Positions 1 through 14,134 of a DNA stretch of 64,000 bases are shown here, piece by piece. Position numbers and translations under genes: made by a program. This DNA comes from Camelus dromedarius. Its lineage: Eukaryota. Position 1 is the stretch's first letter; every line of letters starts with the position of its first letter. The stretch spans positions 35,652,001 to 35,716,000 of the forward strand of contig NC_087437.1 of assembly GCF_036321535.1 (NCBI RefSeq), written 5' to 3'. The notes under the pieces were generated by a model. That model was not told the origin of the DNA and did not search any database. It saw only the letters and a program-made list of their open reading frames with translations.

Positions 1-204
1 AACTCTTTAATACTCTCATGTACTTGGATGAAAGTATTAAAGGAGAAGAACTCATGACTCTGTCCTTCCCCTTGTCTTGTAAGGAATGAAGATATTGTTT
101 ATTTCTTTTTTTGTTTAGGTACCATCCAGCTTAAAATGCAAAACAACAACAACAACAACCCAAAAACAAAAACCAGAAAGGCAGTAGACAGAGTCATATT
201 AGAA

Positions 205-3200
205 AGGACGTTTCTTCTGGACAAGATGGCTTGGTTAGTTCATGCTCAGGTACAGTAGAAACTTCAAACTCAGAGCAATGAGAAATAAAATATAAAAATA
301 AAAACATAGCTGACAAGTCTGTATAAACACCTCTGTGGATGAGGAACAGACCAGAATCACAAAGAGTTGAGTAAGCAGATGCCGCAGGCTGGTTGGGATC
401 TGAGTCCAGAAACATTAGGTGAGAAACCAGCTCTTTCAGGGAAAAGAACATTAAAAAGGGCTCTTTGTGAGACTACAGACCAAAACCAGTTTCACTGATG
501 AAAGTCAGAAGTTGAGTGACTCCCAACACCTTTCCCACTGCCCTGATCCAATTTCCCAACCTCGTCGTAAATGAGGAATAAGAAATGATGACTCAAAAAG
601 TTGCTGACTTTTGTCTGAGGCTACCGCTTGATAAGCAGTCATGGACCTGCCTACCATCCTATTGCATCCCTTCTCCTTCCACCCCTAGCAACCAGATCTA
701 AGATAATCCATGTAGTATTGTGGAAAAGGAAATCCACAATGCCATTATAAGATAAGATTGTGAAACTGACTTATAGGACCATGTGAGTAGAGAGAAAGAG
801 AAAGAGGTAAAACTAAGCCAGAAATATGAAAGACAAATGACAACAGCCTAAATTAAAAATGAGTCTGAACCCCAAATTCCAAAATGCATAAATATATCTA
901 ATAAGAATAACTAATAAAATGAACAACTAGGAATTTGTTTCAGATAAAAATAATTTTATAGGAAAGATGGCCAAATACTTAAAATAAATGTGTTTAGAAC
1001 ACTCACAAAGGTAAATAATAATTTTATTTAGATTAAAAAAGACAGAAAACAGGCATGTGTATATGTGTATATGTATGTCTATATTTTAGAATACAATTAA
1101 TAGTATTTGAATCCTGAGGAAATAATAAATAAGAACCTTTAGGAATCATTAAAGAATTCATAAGCTTCAGAAAATAATTCTGAAGAATTCACTCAAAATA
1201 GAAAAGAAGGAGACAAAATATAGACGAATATGAAAAGTATAGAATAGACATGGGAAATAGATGGAGAGGCTTCAAACATGTCTGATTCGAATTCAGATGA
1301 AAATAGAAATGAGATTAGTGAAGTGATAACTGAGGATATAATAGCAGAGAATTTTCCATAATTGAACAAAAATAGGAATGATTATTTAAAATACTGTGAA
1401 TAATACTATGCCAAATAAATAAAAGTAGACCTACAACTTGACACACTATTGTCAAACTACAAATTGTGGCAGATAAATGGAATTACTTTAAATATTTTTC
1501 AGACAGACATATTTCTTAACAAGGAATCTAGATTTCTTATAAGTATCTAGATTGATATTAAGCATTTTTTTCAACAACTGTAGAGACTAGAACAAAATAA
1601 ATTGGTATTTTCAGAGTATTGAAGGAAAATAATTGTCAATTAATTTTATTCCTGACTAAACCATCTTCTTATAGAGGAAAAACAAAACAAAATAAAACAA
1701 AAAGGAAATGGTAGCTGTAAGATTATAAAGACTACAGTTCAATAGCATAGTCACTAAACAATTATTAAAGGATTTTAATCACTTATAATGATTTTTGTTA
1801 AAATGTAAAAGTTTAAACCAAAATTCTAAAGTTTAAGAAACAAAAAAGTATATTGTGATAATGGAAAATTTAAATGTAAATAGAGAACAGTAACCTATTA
1901 AAATACACTATTATATTGCCTTCTATAATTTATTTACATGCTGTTCATAAGAGAGCTATAAAACTAAATCACACGTAGAGACTGAAATATAGATAATCCT
2001 TATCAATAGAAAGCTAATGTTACAATTTTAATCAATCAAAATAGAATCTAATTTAATAAATGGACTGCATATAATAATTAAAAAATAAGATAAAGCCATC
2101 ATGAATTTGTGTGCATTTAACAACATAGCCTTAAAAATATATGAAACCGAAACCGTTAAAGTCATAAGAAAAAAATAGCTTAGGTCTACTAGACATTAAT
2201 ACATATTATAAAGAAATGCTGATTTTAGATGTGTAGGAATAGGAAAATAGAATATTTGAACAGAACACAGAGACTAAATAGATCACACATATGCAGAGAT
2301 TTATTATATTGAAAGTGTAGCGTAACAAATCCATAAGGGAAAGACTGGACTGTTCAGTAATAGATGTTGGGGCAGTGCTTTTGAAACATAGAAAGATTTT
2401 TTTTTTAAATCTCAAAACATAAGGGAAAGGATATTAAATTTGACTTCATGGTCTGAATGGAGAAATAGGTGCTATAAACAAATTAAAGAAAAACAACAAC
2501 AACAATGAAGCCACAGATGGGAGAATATACTTGTAGTACATTCAGAGAACAAAATAGCATTCTCAACATAAAAACAACTTTTAAAAATTAAAAAAAAAAA
2601 AACACCTCAATAGAAAAAAGACACTTACATAAAAAGGTATTTCATGTGAGAGGGGAAGTGAATGCCAATAAACATTACCAAGAATCAACCTTATGGGGCT
2701 TGGGGAAATGTGAAGTAAAACAACAACAAAATATCATTTTAACTAAATTCTGTCAGAAAATTGAAAACATGACCATATCCATTGCTGTTGAAGACATGGA
2801 GAACTGAGGACTCTGAAACATTGCTCTTGGCTATAGATACAAGTACACACCTTTTGTAAAACAGCATTTAGAAGAGTTGAAAATCTGCGTATGCTTAATC
2901 CCCACGACTTAACTTTCTGGAGAAATTTTTGCACATTTATAAGGATACTTAACAACTAAGGCAGCTGTAGCATCAACATAGTAGTACCTGCAGTTAGGAG
3001 TAAGGTGAATCAGTGCTTTTCAAATTTTAATTCACATATAAACCATGGGGTCTCCTGTTGAAATGTATGTTCTGGTTACAGTGGTCTAGGGTGAGCCTTG
3101 AAATTCTACGTTCCTCACAACCTCCCAGCTGATGTTAATATTCTTTATCCCTGGACCGTGCTTTTCTGATAGGTTACATTTAAGGGTTTAACTGTGTCGG

Positions 3201-3700
3201 GCACTGTTCTAAAGCTCTTTAGATCAATGAGAATGTGCATTGTAGCAAGTTTTATAATACAAAAAGATGGGACTACCTTGCCTGCTCATCAACGAGGAAT
3301 TAGAATCACTCTTGGTATATCAGTACAATGTAATGTGATCTACTACTTAAGGTGAATAAATTGTTGATGGAAATGAGCAAGTTGCAGAATGGGATGAACA
3401 CCATACCATTTATGGTTGAAAAATATGCAAAGCATTGCTATGTATTATTTATTAAAACACACAGGCAATAATAGATCATAAAATTTTATAGGGATAATAA
3501 ACCCTGTATTCTAGATAGTGTTCAATGCTGAAGAGTGGGAGGGAGGATGAGGAAAAGACGGGAACAGGGAGCGTTAGACGGGGACTTTGACTGGATATTG
3601 AGTACTTTATATTTTCAAGAAAAAAAATGAAGCAATTATTATAAATGATTAGGTGGGCTTGAGGTATTCATTAAATTAATGTTTAATTGTTTCTGTACAT
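205..3700 (+). mobile_element. Ancient L1 (L1ME-like), highly decayed, with 5' end, ORF1, ORF2 endonuclease remnant, ORF2 C-terminus and 3' UTR
   Basis: 5' CAAGATGGC (YY1-type L1 start motif) at 222-230; A-rich ORF1-like stretch ~1150-1700 (atagcagagaattttcca); EN-like remnant at ~2101 (atgaatttgtgtgcatttaacaacatagcc, resembling NIYAPNN); C-terminal remnant at ~2335 (gggaaagactggactgttcagtaatagatgttgg, resembling WGKDGLFNKWCW); L1ME-type 3' UTR to ~3700. Boundaries approximate. Confidence 0.7.
3011..3165. mobile_element. MER5-type hAT-Charlie DNA transposon nested in old L1
   Basis: cagtgcttttcaaa start and internal ggtctagggtgagccttgaaattctacgttcctcacaacctcccagctgatg, typical of MER5A/B. 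Confidence 0.75.
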
Positions 3701-4685
3701 TTATTTCTAAAGAAAGTAGGAAAAAAAGGATCCAGAGTGAGAAGGGAAGGGTTTCTAAAGAAAGAAGACCAGTCAGGGCTGGAGATTTCCAACAGAAAAG
3801 GGGGAAGGTTGGTGGAAGTTATTTCTGAGGTGGGCAGGATTTACAGAAAAACATGATGAAAAATAATTTTTTAAAGTCTCTCTTCTGTGTTACGCAATAC
3901 CACACCTTACCTCAGTAAATACGTAGAGCTGAGATACCCACGGATGAAAACATGTGATATAATTTATGTCTATCAAAAGTTTATCAAACCTAAAATATCC
4001 AAAGATTTCGAAATGTAAAATTACTATAGAATGAACAAAAAGATTTTCTATGGCATGAACAGAAATGTTTCATAGTTTTCAAGTATAGTACCTCCAGTAA
4101 ATTTAAGCCAAAACTTTGGGGGAAAAATGCTACTTTTACATATTTGATGGAGAAGTTGAGAATAATTATCTCCAGTGGTTATAAAAGCTGAAGTTCTATA
4201 AAGACTAAAATATAGTCATGCTTAATATATTCATATTTAGCTCATAGTTGAAACAAAAGACAACAACTCTGGCTTCTCACAAACTTCTCTTAGTGCTGCA
4301 ATCAAAGATTAGACCCAGTCTGGCAATTGTTACTGTCTCATGGGTGTTCCGAGGATTCTAGGCAACCCATTTAATATTAATGCATACAATCTATAAGTAT
4401 AGCTGGGAGGTTTTTTCTTTTGTGTGCTGTTCTTGCTATATTGATCTTAGCTCTTTTGAACTCTAATTTTTATCTAGAACAGAACTGTGTAACTGTGTGT
4501 ACCTTAAGTTTTACAAGCCCTTTATATGTGCCTTCCTCTCATTTAGTTGATCCTGAAACTATTATAAGGTCGTATGTTAGTTCGTAACTGTACCAGAACT
4601 TAATACTGGTCATAGAATGATTGTTGAGTGTAATTGTGCAGCTAGAGTAGGTCTGAACATGGACAGAGCTAAGGTGTGAGAGTCT

Positions 4686-4767
4686 TAGGGTTCTCCAGAG
4701 AAAAAGAAGCAATAGGAAATCTTTACTATATAGACACATATGGATATAGATGTTTATTATGAGGAAA
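4686..4767 (-). mobile_element. MLT2 (ERVL) LTR 3' fragment
   Basis: tagggttctccagagaaa...aatagga...tttattatgaggaa is the reverse complement of the MLT2 terminus. Confidence 0.65.
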
Positions 4768-7700
4768 GAGCATCTCTTCAAATAATTATGGGAAATATGC
4801 ATTTAAAGAAAATTAAGCTGTTTTCTTTACTAAGAGACTTCTCAAATCCTTTACTATGGTAATTATATTATTTATCACCAGGAAGAAAACATTATTTGAC
4901 CAAATTCATTTGACCAGAGATCTTTTTATTCCTGAAATCATTTGTGGGGCTTATGTTCTATGGTACGTACTTTGTGAGTCACTTTATGCTTAAAAATTTC
5001 CATGGTTTGTTCTAAGCCTTCCAGTCTACACTCTGATTTTTAAAGTGTTAGTGGGCCAAAGAGGCCTACTCTGTCACATTTCTCAGATGACAGTTGCCTT
5101 TTAGTAAATAAGCAAAAACTAAATAAGTATATCAGTTAAAAGAACAAGGTCCCCAAATTCTGAGATGGGGAGAATTACCAATGTTCTTAAAATCACAATA
5201 GTTCAATTTGTGAAGTGTTTGTGAATAATCTTCTTTGTGAAAAATGTTGCACTAGTCATAGCTTTGGAATATGAAAAGAAATATGAAACATGATCCCTGT
5301 CCTCAAAGGCATGCACTTGAGATTTCAAAGCTTACATATCTGTAATATGAATCCATACACTTTTAAAACACATATGATATAACCAGTAATCAGAAATGTA
5401 AGTGTATACCCTGCCTACAAATAATTGCTTCTTTATTTCACTTCATCTGTTTTGTTTTTTTTTTTTCCTAAAGAGAAATTGCTAGCTTTGTAACTAGCTT
5501 TTACAATCATCTTCTACAATCATTGTATATTTTGAGTGGCTGTTTTTCTCCTTTTTGGCCATTTTTCTTTCAAATATTTTTGCTTTTATAGTAGAGATAA
5601 TGGCATGCCAGTATCTTTGCAGAAAGTTCTGTACTGGTGTTTTTGTTTTTATTTTTGGCCAACTCATTTATATAGATGACAGTCATGGGATTCACACATA
5701 CTGAATTTACCTAAGCAAGTAAAATGGATTATAAGTAGTAAATTTGTCTTATCTAAGCTCTTTCTACCTTCCTAAGCTTAAGTTTCATTCACTATAGTTG
5801 ATTGGAATCTTTTTAGAAATGTTCATTTTTTTACCAAAAAAATTCCTGATCATTGCATCATTAGCCTTTTTTTTTGGTCTTTTTCCTCAGTGGAGTAAAG
5901 TTCCAGAAGCTTTGTCAAATACTCATGATTTTCCGTAATCTTTCAAGTGCAATCTCCCTCTTTCATCCCCAAATTACTTTCTTCAATTCACTTTCTCATA
6001 CTGTATGTTTGAGGTTAAAATTAGTTACTTGTTCTTCACATGAAGGCTATAACATCTAATCACTCTGAATGCTTTAAAAAATAAATTTCCACCTGAAATT
6101 ATAGTTATTTAGTATAGTGGCCATATATTTTAATAAACTATAAGCTCCTTGATGGTAGAGTCCATAATTATTTATCTTTGCAACTCCTATAGCTCCTTGT
6201 AAGACCATAATGGATATATTGGATACTATATAAATATATTTTAATGTATTATGCGTGATTTGAAAAGTCAGTAAATCTTGCACTCCTTCATTAGATGTGG
6301 CAATTTAACGGTAGCACAAAGACAAAGAATTTGAAAAATGTGAATTTTTTATTTGTTAGAATTGGTAAATGACTAATAAAACTAGAAATCTTTAAAAATG
6401 ATGTCAACAACTCTTTACTATGTCTAATATCTGACGAAAGAAATCACATTATGCAAAAATATTCTTAATGGTGCTGGGAGGTATTTCTAATACATAATTA
6501 AACATTTTAATGGGTCTCATCTGTTGGAGCCTCGGTTATTAGTGGTTCTTTGATATCTTGTTTTACTTTGGTACTTTTCCGTTCATCTATTTCATACCTG
6601 CTCTAAGTTATATGTATTCAAGCTGTCCAAAGTGAGATTTTAATTAAACAGAATGGCAAAAAAAGAGATTTCATTGTTGCAGCTTGTTAATGTTTTATGA
6701 AAAGAATGTTTTTTTTCTAATATATGAAATTCATTTCTTAAAGAATATTCCCTAGGTAGAGAAAAAGAAAATGTAAACTTGTGTCTTTTGAATGCTTGCC
6801 AGGTAACATTCAGCTCACAATATATGCCTTCCAGAACTAATTAAGGACCTACATTATTATCTATACAAACAGAATAAAAGCTTCGTGCATGCATACACTG
6901 AATGTGTGGAAATTCTTTCTGGGCCAGCTGTCAATTTCTGGGCTCCCTTTTTTCCTTTGCTGACTATTCATAAAATAGAGATAAACACATTCCCTGCCTG
7001 TAATATAAGTGTACCTGTAAGTGTTTAATGCATCAGGGAATTTGGGAGATTATTTTAATGGATTTTTTACCAAATCATGTTTACCAGTCAATTTAAATAC
7101 ATTTTTAAGTTACCACTTTCAGCTATGCTGAAATCCAGTGGGAGACAGGACAGTTCTCTTATGAAATGATGGTGGAAGCTGATGAGAAAAGGCCCCATTC
7201 AAAATAGGAAACTCAGTAAAAGAAACACGAGTTAATTGAATTTCTATGGTTGAGAAAATATCCTTTCCCATTCAAGTATCCTAGTGTAAGTCATATAGAT
7301 AGGAGGGAGCTGTTCCTATAAAACTCATGTTTAATTCTCTCGATAGCTGGTGAACTTTTGAACCACTGTGCTATAATTGTGCATAAAAATAGTAAATAGA
7401 AAGTTTTTTTTTTTCTTTTTAAGTAGTGAAGTAAAACTGCTGGTTCTTAAAGTTATTCTTACCTTCAGGAATAATATTCTTGATTTTCCTATTTATTCAC
7501 CTAATGCAAAAGTAATAGAACCTTTTTAGGATACTTCCATTTGTTATAGCATCATTTTCTTCATACTAAAGTTCAAGTAGATGTTCATTTGTCTCTGTGA
7601 ACAGTGACTAATTGTGAGGAGGAAGGTACTGGCACTTCAGAGAATGAAAGCAATTATTATAAAATGCTACTTCCTTGCCAGGCTGACTCTGGAAAAAATG

Positions 7701-8189
7701 TGTTGAGAAGAATAAAGTAAAATGCTATGAAAACAATGTAAGAACTGAAGATAATTAAATTGTCTCCTCTTTAGGATTATAAGGCTTTTAAAAATATTTC
7801 AGAATGCCTTACAAATATTTGCTAGTGATTCTTTACCCCTTGCATAAAGTAACATTATTAGTGTTACAATTAATTAGATAAAGAAGTTGAGGAGGTGGTG
7901 AAATAATTGTACATGGGAGAGTATCCAGCCTGCTGGCCCAGTTATAAATCAGGACATGAAATCATCCTGCTCCTTATGCCAGCTTTGGGATTGTGAATGT
8001 ATAAGAGTATGTGTGTCTGTGTACTTACATTAATTTTCCTTGACCAATAGAGGCATAACAAAGGTATAATCAGAATGTTCAGCAAAATACTTCTCAGCTC
8101 AAATGATTTCATAGTCCTCTATTCTGTTGATAAATATCTACACAGAGCACTTGTTCATATTTAGTTCTTTAGAAAAGAATTATGAGGAT

Positions 8190-8430
8190 AATAACGGAAC
8201 TATGTACACTCATTGAGTCCACAGTATGTACCAGCCTCTATGCTAAATGCTTTAGGTATATTACTTCATTGAATTTATTCAGTAGTCTGGGAGGTTGTCA
8301 TAATTACTTTCATTTTACAGAACAGAAAACAGAGACTTGGGTCTGTGATTTGCCCAAGGCCCCAGCATCAGTGAGTAACAGACCGGAGATTCAGTCTGGG
8401 GATGCCAGCTTCAGAGCCGTTGCACTTCAT
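8190..8430 (-). mobile_element. MIR SINE
   Basis: cattttacagaacagaaaacagagac...gatttgcccaaggcc is the reverse MIR core. Confidence 0.8.
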
Positions 8431-9482
8431 CATACCTGCCTGTGCTCTGCTGAGACAGCCTCCTGGTTTGTTTGTTTGTTTCCGTTTTAGAAATTATGCT
8501 ACTTGTTAGTAAAATTTTTTATTATTTCTTTATGATCTTTATGATACTAATGTGCATTATTTCCTTAATCATAAAACAGAAAGAAATAGTCATCAGTCTT
8601 ATTCTTGTTGCGCTTATTGGCTCTATTTTTTTTTTGTTTGTTTATTTCTCCCAAGTTCATTCACTCTAGAGTAGAACTTAAGCTTAAATAGTGCTGTACA
8701 TGTGTTTCCTCACTTCATTCTAAATGTGGGCTTAAAATGGTTTTGGGGTGACTAAATGTGTTCTCGGGGTGTAAGCCCTTGTTACATGTCACAGTCCCGT
8801 CAGAACTTTCCAGTGCTGACCCCACTAGCAGCTATTCACAATTCACACCAGTCATCTCTCCTGCTAACAGGACCTAGGTTTTTGTTCAGGTTATTTTGTT
8901 CCGAATATTTCCTTGAACGTTCATGATCAAATTCTTACAGCAACTACGTGGCCTTTGACTGTTCCCTCTTTTCCCGCTCTGTCCTCCGTTCTCAGTTTCC
9001 ACTCCTGAGGCCTGTGCCACCCGTGGAATCCCAGGGACTGGATCTTGACTTCCTAGTTTATACACAGGGCTCCTTCTCCTGTGGTTTCATGCTGCTCCCA
9101 CAGTGACACAAGTGAGGGCTACTGCTCCATGGTGTTATTTTGCAGCCTGTGATGTGCCCAAACTGTGCTGTCAGCTACACTGAATAAATAGAAGGTTTTT
9201 CTCCTGAACAGAGATATACTCTATTCTGTGAATTGTCTTATTTCTCAAAGTCTTGCAATATTTTTCAAAGAAATGAGCCTTGTAATCTATTCATCCTTAT
9301 CTCACTCTTCCTCCAAGAGTTTGGATGTGACCCCATAGAGAACTGGAACAAATATGAGTAAAAAACACTATTTGGTCATGAGAATATGATTTCTTGTTCA
9401 AGGAGAGGCATCGGTACTGTGAACATTGGCACGCTTAGCTCTCTTCCAGTGCTTCATTCCAGGAAGTTGTTTGTTTTTATAC

Positions 9483-9533
9483 AAAGAAAACCTGGTGGGA
9501 AAAAGAAAAAAAAAAAAAAAGAAAACCTGGTGG
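9483..9533 (+). mobile_element. Orphan poly(A) retro-insertion flanked by a perfect 16-bp TSD
   Basis: aaagaaaacctggtgg at 9483-9498 and 9518-9533 enclosing only g-aaaaa-g-a12 (9499-9517). Confidence 0.75.
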
Positions 9534-9629
9534 ACAGACATCACTTGTCCACTACTCATGTTCAGATGTGTTTGTCTTTCAGTGGTGAATACCCAGGAAA
9601 GATCAGGCTGAGACTTCTGTGATACTGAC

Positions 9630-10160
9630 TGTGATAATTCATTTTGTGTCAATGTAACTGAATCATGAGATGCCCAGATAGCTGGTTAAACACTTTCTGG
9701 GTGTGTCTGTGAGGGTGCTTTTAGAAGAGACTACTGTTTGAATTGATAGACTGAGTGAAACAGGTGGTCCTCCCCAACATGGATGGGCATCATCCCATCC
9801 ATCGAGAGTCTGAATAGAACACAAAAGCTGGAGGAAGAGAGGATTTGCTGTCTTTGCCTGATGGTTTGAGCTAGGACCTGGCTCTTTACCTGTCCTCGGT
9901 GATCCTGATTCTTAGGTCTTCATACTCAGGCTGGAACCTACACCATCTACTCTCCAGCTGACAGGACATTAAACTACACCACCAACTTTTCAGGGTCTCC
10001 ATTTTGCTGACAGCACACAAAGGGACTTCTAGACTTCCATAATCATATGTCTATATATATATATGTGGAGTGTATGTGTATATATGTTTATGTATGTATA
10101 TATGTGTGTATATTATATGTGTGCATATAAAACATACACATATATGTATTTCATATATAG
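9630..10160 (+). mobile_element. MLT2 (ERVL) LTR with TA/TG-rich tail
   Basis: gatgcccagatagctggttaaac, ctgggtgtgtctgtgaggg, gggcatcatcccatcc...tgaatagaacacaaaag are MLT2 hallmarks; followed by the (TA/TG)n tract usual in MLT2. Confidence 0.85.
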
Positions 10161-12429
10161 ACATTTTATTTAGCAAAAAATATTACACATATATAAATAA
10201 TAGTAAAAAACTAAATTTCTCACTTTCTGTGATCTAGAATTCACTATTGTATGCAATTTATTGATCCTAATTTTTTATGTGCAAAAGTAATACTTTGGTA
10301 CCATGTGAATGTTCCTCAACAGCCTGTTTTCACCTAAAGGTTTCAGCATCCTTTGGCTTCAGTACACAATTTACTTTTTGTACAGAAAATATCATTTGAA
10401 AAAATATTTTGGCACCAGGTTGCCTTTACCATTTTACCTTCCATGGATAATTATATCTCTTACTTCTAAGTTCTTAAGAGAAAACTGTATTGTAAACTCC
10501 TTCAGACTACCAACAGAGAGAACCACAAAAGGAGAAATAAAGAATTGTTATTTGTCATGGGATGTTTAGGGAAGGAGGAATAGTTTGCTGTCCGTGGATT
10601 GAGGGTGATAGCTTGATTTAATTCATTAGTTAGCATGCTGGGTGTAGGCACTGGATTCCCTCTTACTGTTTATTTACATAATTACTTTTGTCTAGAGCTA
10701 TTAATCTTTTATAATTGTCCCACATTTGAAAGTACATTTTTCTATTAGTTGTTCCTTTGATTCAATGCTCCGTATAAGTTCTATTTGTAATCACATGACA
10801 TGATGAAACAGTATATGTGAATAGCTGATACGTGAAAGCACAGTATAAACAGAGTGCAAGAGACGATATTAGCTGTGAAGTATTTGCCACTTGCTAGGTT
10901 CTGTGTTAAGTTTTCTTCATGTGAAGTCAATAGTTTCATAACAAGCCTGAGAATTAGAAGGGATATATTAAGAGAAATGATAAGAACAGATGAACAGTGA
11001 GCAATCCTGGTCTCTCCATCTTCTCTTCCCCCTGAAAGAATACTGTCCACTTTCCTTCTCCTCCCAAGTGTTCACATTTTAAGAGAGTTTCTACTTAACC
11101 CACCTCTTTCTTGGTAGTCTATAGATTAGAGTAGTGAAAGTGAGGAGAAACTGGAAAATTCTGAGGCCAGTTAACTTTCCCCTGGAATAGGCAGAGAGAT
11201 ATAGTAGACAGAAGAAAAAAAAATTAGATATTCATTGCAGAGAGTGCACATAAAAGGTATTTTGACAGACAGGTAGAGAGAAACAGAAAAAGGTGTAATT
11301 TTATAAAGTTGTATGTGTTTTAAATGTAATGCCGGAATGCCATTTTTCCAATTTCCATAGGAAAGATTAATTCCTTCCACAGAGATAGAAGAGACAAATG
11401 TGCCCCCAAGTACCCAATACCCAGCTAAAACAATCATCCATTCACCCACTACCTTCCCCCTCCTAAGTTATTTTGAGAAAAATCTCATATTTTTTTAATC
11501 TGTGTGTATTTCAGTGTGTGTATCTAAAGACCGTTTAAAAATATATTCACAATTCTCTCATTCTCTCTCTCTCCATATATGTGTGTATGTGTTTGTATAT
11601 ATAACACACACACACACACATATATATACAGTTTCTTTTAGAGAGATTTATTATATAATATCTCCCATATATGTCAATTAATATTTTTTTACTTCCCAAA
11701 ACGTAAAAAAAAATCTTCTCAATAGTCTCTTCCATTTACACTGTTATGTCATTGTCTTATATTTTAGTTTTATGTGTGTTATGTCAGTGTTACCTTTATT
11801 ATTCTTTTAACCAGTCAATATCCTTTTTAATTTACTCACATATTTATCCTATCTAGCATTCTTCATCCCTTCTTGTTTGCTCTGGAATAATTTTACTTCA
11901 CATCCAAGAACTGTCTTTAATATTTTTTGCAAGTCTTATGAAAATAAATTCTTTCAAGTTCTCTTTAACTAAAAATATTTTAATTTTTGACTCTATTTTT
12001 TGGTAGGCTAATTGTGCTAGGTATAGAATTCCATGCTGTTTTTCCTTTCATGGCTTTAAAGATATTTTTTCACTATCTTCTAGCTTCCATAGGTTGAAAA
12101 ATCAATTTTTTAGTTATAGAACATAGAATAAAATAATATATACTCATATTGATGTATTTTCTTTAAACAAATATAAAAATGGAGTTTAAAAGATAATATA
12201 TCAATATATGCAGTGGAAAATATGCAAGGAAACATAAAGTATAAAGTGTGCCAAAGGTGATTTTCCCCAAATGATGATATTCTTGGTGGTTTCTAAATGT
12301 TTTTCTTCATACTCGTTAGTATTTTCCAAATTTTCAAAATCCATAATCTGCTTTAGTAATCAGATAAGAAGAATCATTTTATACTTAACTATGTGTGCAG
12401 CATTGATTCCTTAGATTGAAATTGACTAC

Positions 12430-12810
12430 TCACACTAAAACCATTTTCTTTTCTTTGTAAGAATACAGAAAGATGACATTGCCCAGCCTCCTTTGCAGGT
12501 TGGTAAGGCTATGTGATAAAGTTCCAGTCAATAAAATGTGCTCACACATGCCATTCCTTTTAGGCAGAGCCAATAAGAACCTCTTCCTTTGATCTTCTAT
12601 TCTCCTTCCCCTTCTGTGAAGTTCATGTAAATGAGTCATCAAATTTTGATTATACAGAACCCAGGTTCTCTGAATCTTGATTTGAGGAGATACGTGGTGA
12701 AAGTAGATTATTTTGTGAATGATAAGTAAACTATCTTATTTGAGCCATTATGCATTTTGTTGTTTGTTTGTTTGTTTGTTTATTATAGCAGCTAGTATTA
12801 GACCAAACAC
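12430..12810 (+). mobile_element. Old MaLR LTR (MLT1H/J-like)
   Basis: cccagcctcctttgcaggttggtaaggctatgtgataaagttccagtcaat core and ttattatagcagc near the 3' end. Confidence 0.7.
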
Positions 12811-12930
12811 TCTCTTTGCCTCAGTTTTCTCAACATAATAAGGAGATAATAATAATAGCAATGACCTCTTAGGATTATTGTGAAGTAAATGTACATAATT
12901 AGTCCTCTATAAATCTTAACCACTATTATA
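12811..12930 (+). mobile_element. MIR fragment
   Basis: tctctttgcctcagttttctca...gataataataatagc...aggattattgtga. Confidence 0.65.
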
Positions 12931-14027
12931 AACTCTATGTATTAATTGATATTAGTATCTGCCATCAGTAGGTATCAGGATATGTCTGATATATTATTTG
13001 AAAAAGTAGCTCCCTAGAGGTGAAACTTTGATGTTAACAATAACTTGTTTATTGAGGAACTTGGAAAACTAAAAGAAGTTAGTTGGTTTCCCCAAATAAG
13101 AAGCATTATGATATCCACACAACTTGATTCTTATATATTTTTCTCAAAATGTCTCTATTTTGATAAGAGATTTATTCAATAAAAATATCTAAATTTGCTA
13201 ATTTTAACTAATTTATAATATTAAAATATGTTTTTCTTTTTGTAGATTTCCAAAATTGTATTTTAATATCTCTCTTGTAGGATTTTTCTAGTGGTTTTAT
13301 TTTAGACAGGGTGACATATAAGGGAGCAGATACAATTAATGAGCATTGTATTTGTTGTTTCCCTTACCAGATTTAAATCTTGTGATTTACCAGGTGCAAA
13401 TCATGAAAAGAAAGGTGTCAAGATTAGTGGGTTCATGGAAGCAAATCTGTTAATTTCCTAAAAGGTGAAATGGTCTAGGTTCCATAATTGTGTCACTGTC
13501 ATCTCTGTATTAAATCTTCGGGAGCCATTGGCATATAATGATCATTGAGACTGGTCATATGGAGTTGATTTTAGGGCATTTTTCTCTAAGAAGTAATGAA
13601 CATTGGACCAGTGTTTTAAAATACGTCTTCACTGGAATGTGTTTTGGAAATTTTTCCAAGAAAATGTAGTTCAATGTACATAGGAAGGACTATCTTGCAT
13701 TTAATACACCTTTGTCTAGGTGAAAAGGTATATCAAATAAGGGGCAAGATACATATAATATAACTGAAAAAATTCAGAGAAACCTGCTTTCAAATGTATT
13801 TAAATAGAAAATTTGCAGAATTTTACAGTGAATTCAACTGTAGAGATGTAAAATGGATTAAATGAAATAGGTCCATGCTATGCTAACCTTGAAGCAAGAG
13901 ACTCTTTGGCGTGTGATTTATTCATCACTAAAATCTTTGACAGTCCCATGATGATAATTCACCTGAGAAAATGACAGTGTAGAGGTAAGATTCGAGCATT
14001 GTTGGGAATGGCTTATTTCTCTGTCTT

Positions 14028-14030
<3 letters not shown>

Positions 14031-14075
<45 letters not shown>

Positions 14076-14076
14076 A
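14031..14076. repeat. Compound microsatellite (CT)10(CA)13
   Basis: Directly visible. Confidence 0.95.
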
Positions 14077-14134
14077 ATCTTTTATAGGTCCCTAAAAGTT
14101 CACCCATAGAAGGGCTACTAGGTCTTCAATATTT

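Noticed and set aside
7463..7500. Minus-strand exon candidate with an AAG|gtaaga donor
   Set aside because: All three frames contain stops, the acceptor is mediocre, and nothing else supports it.
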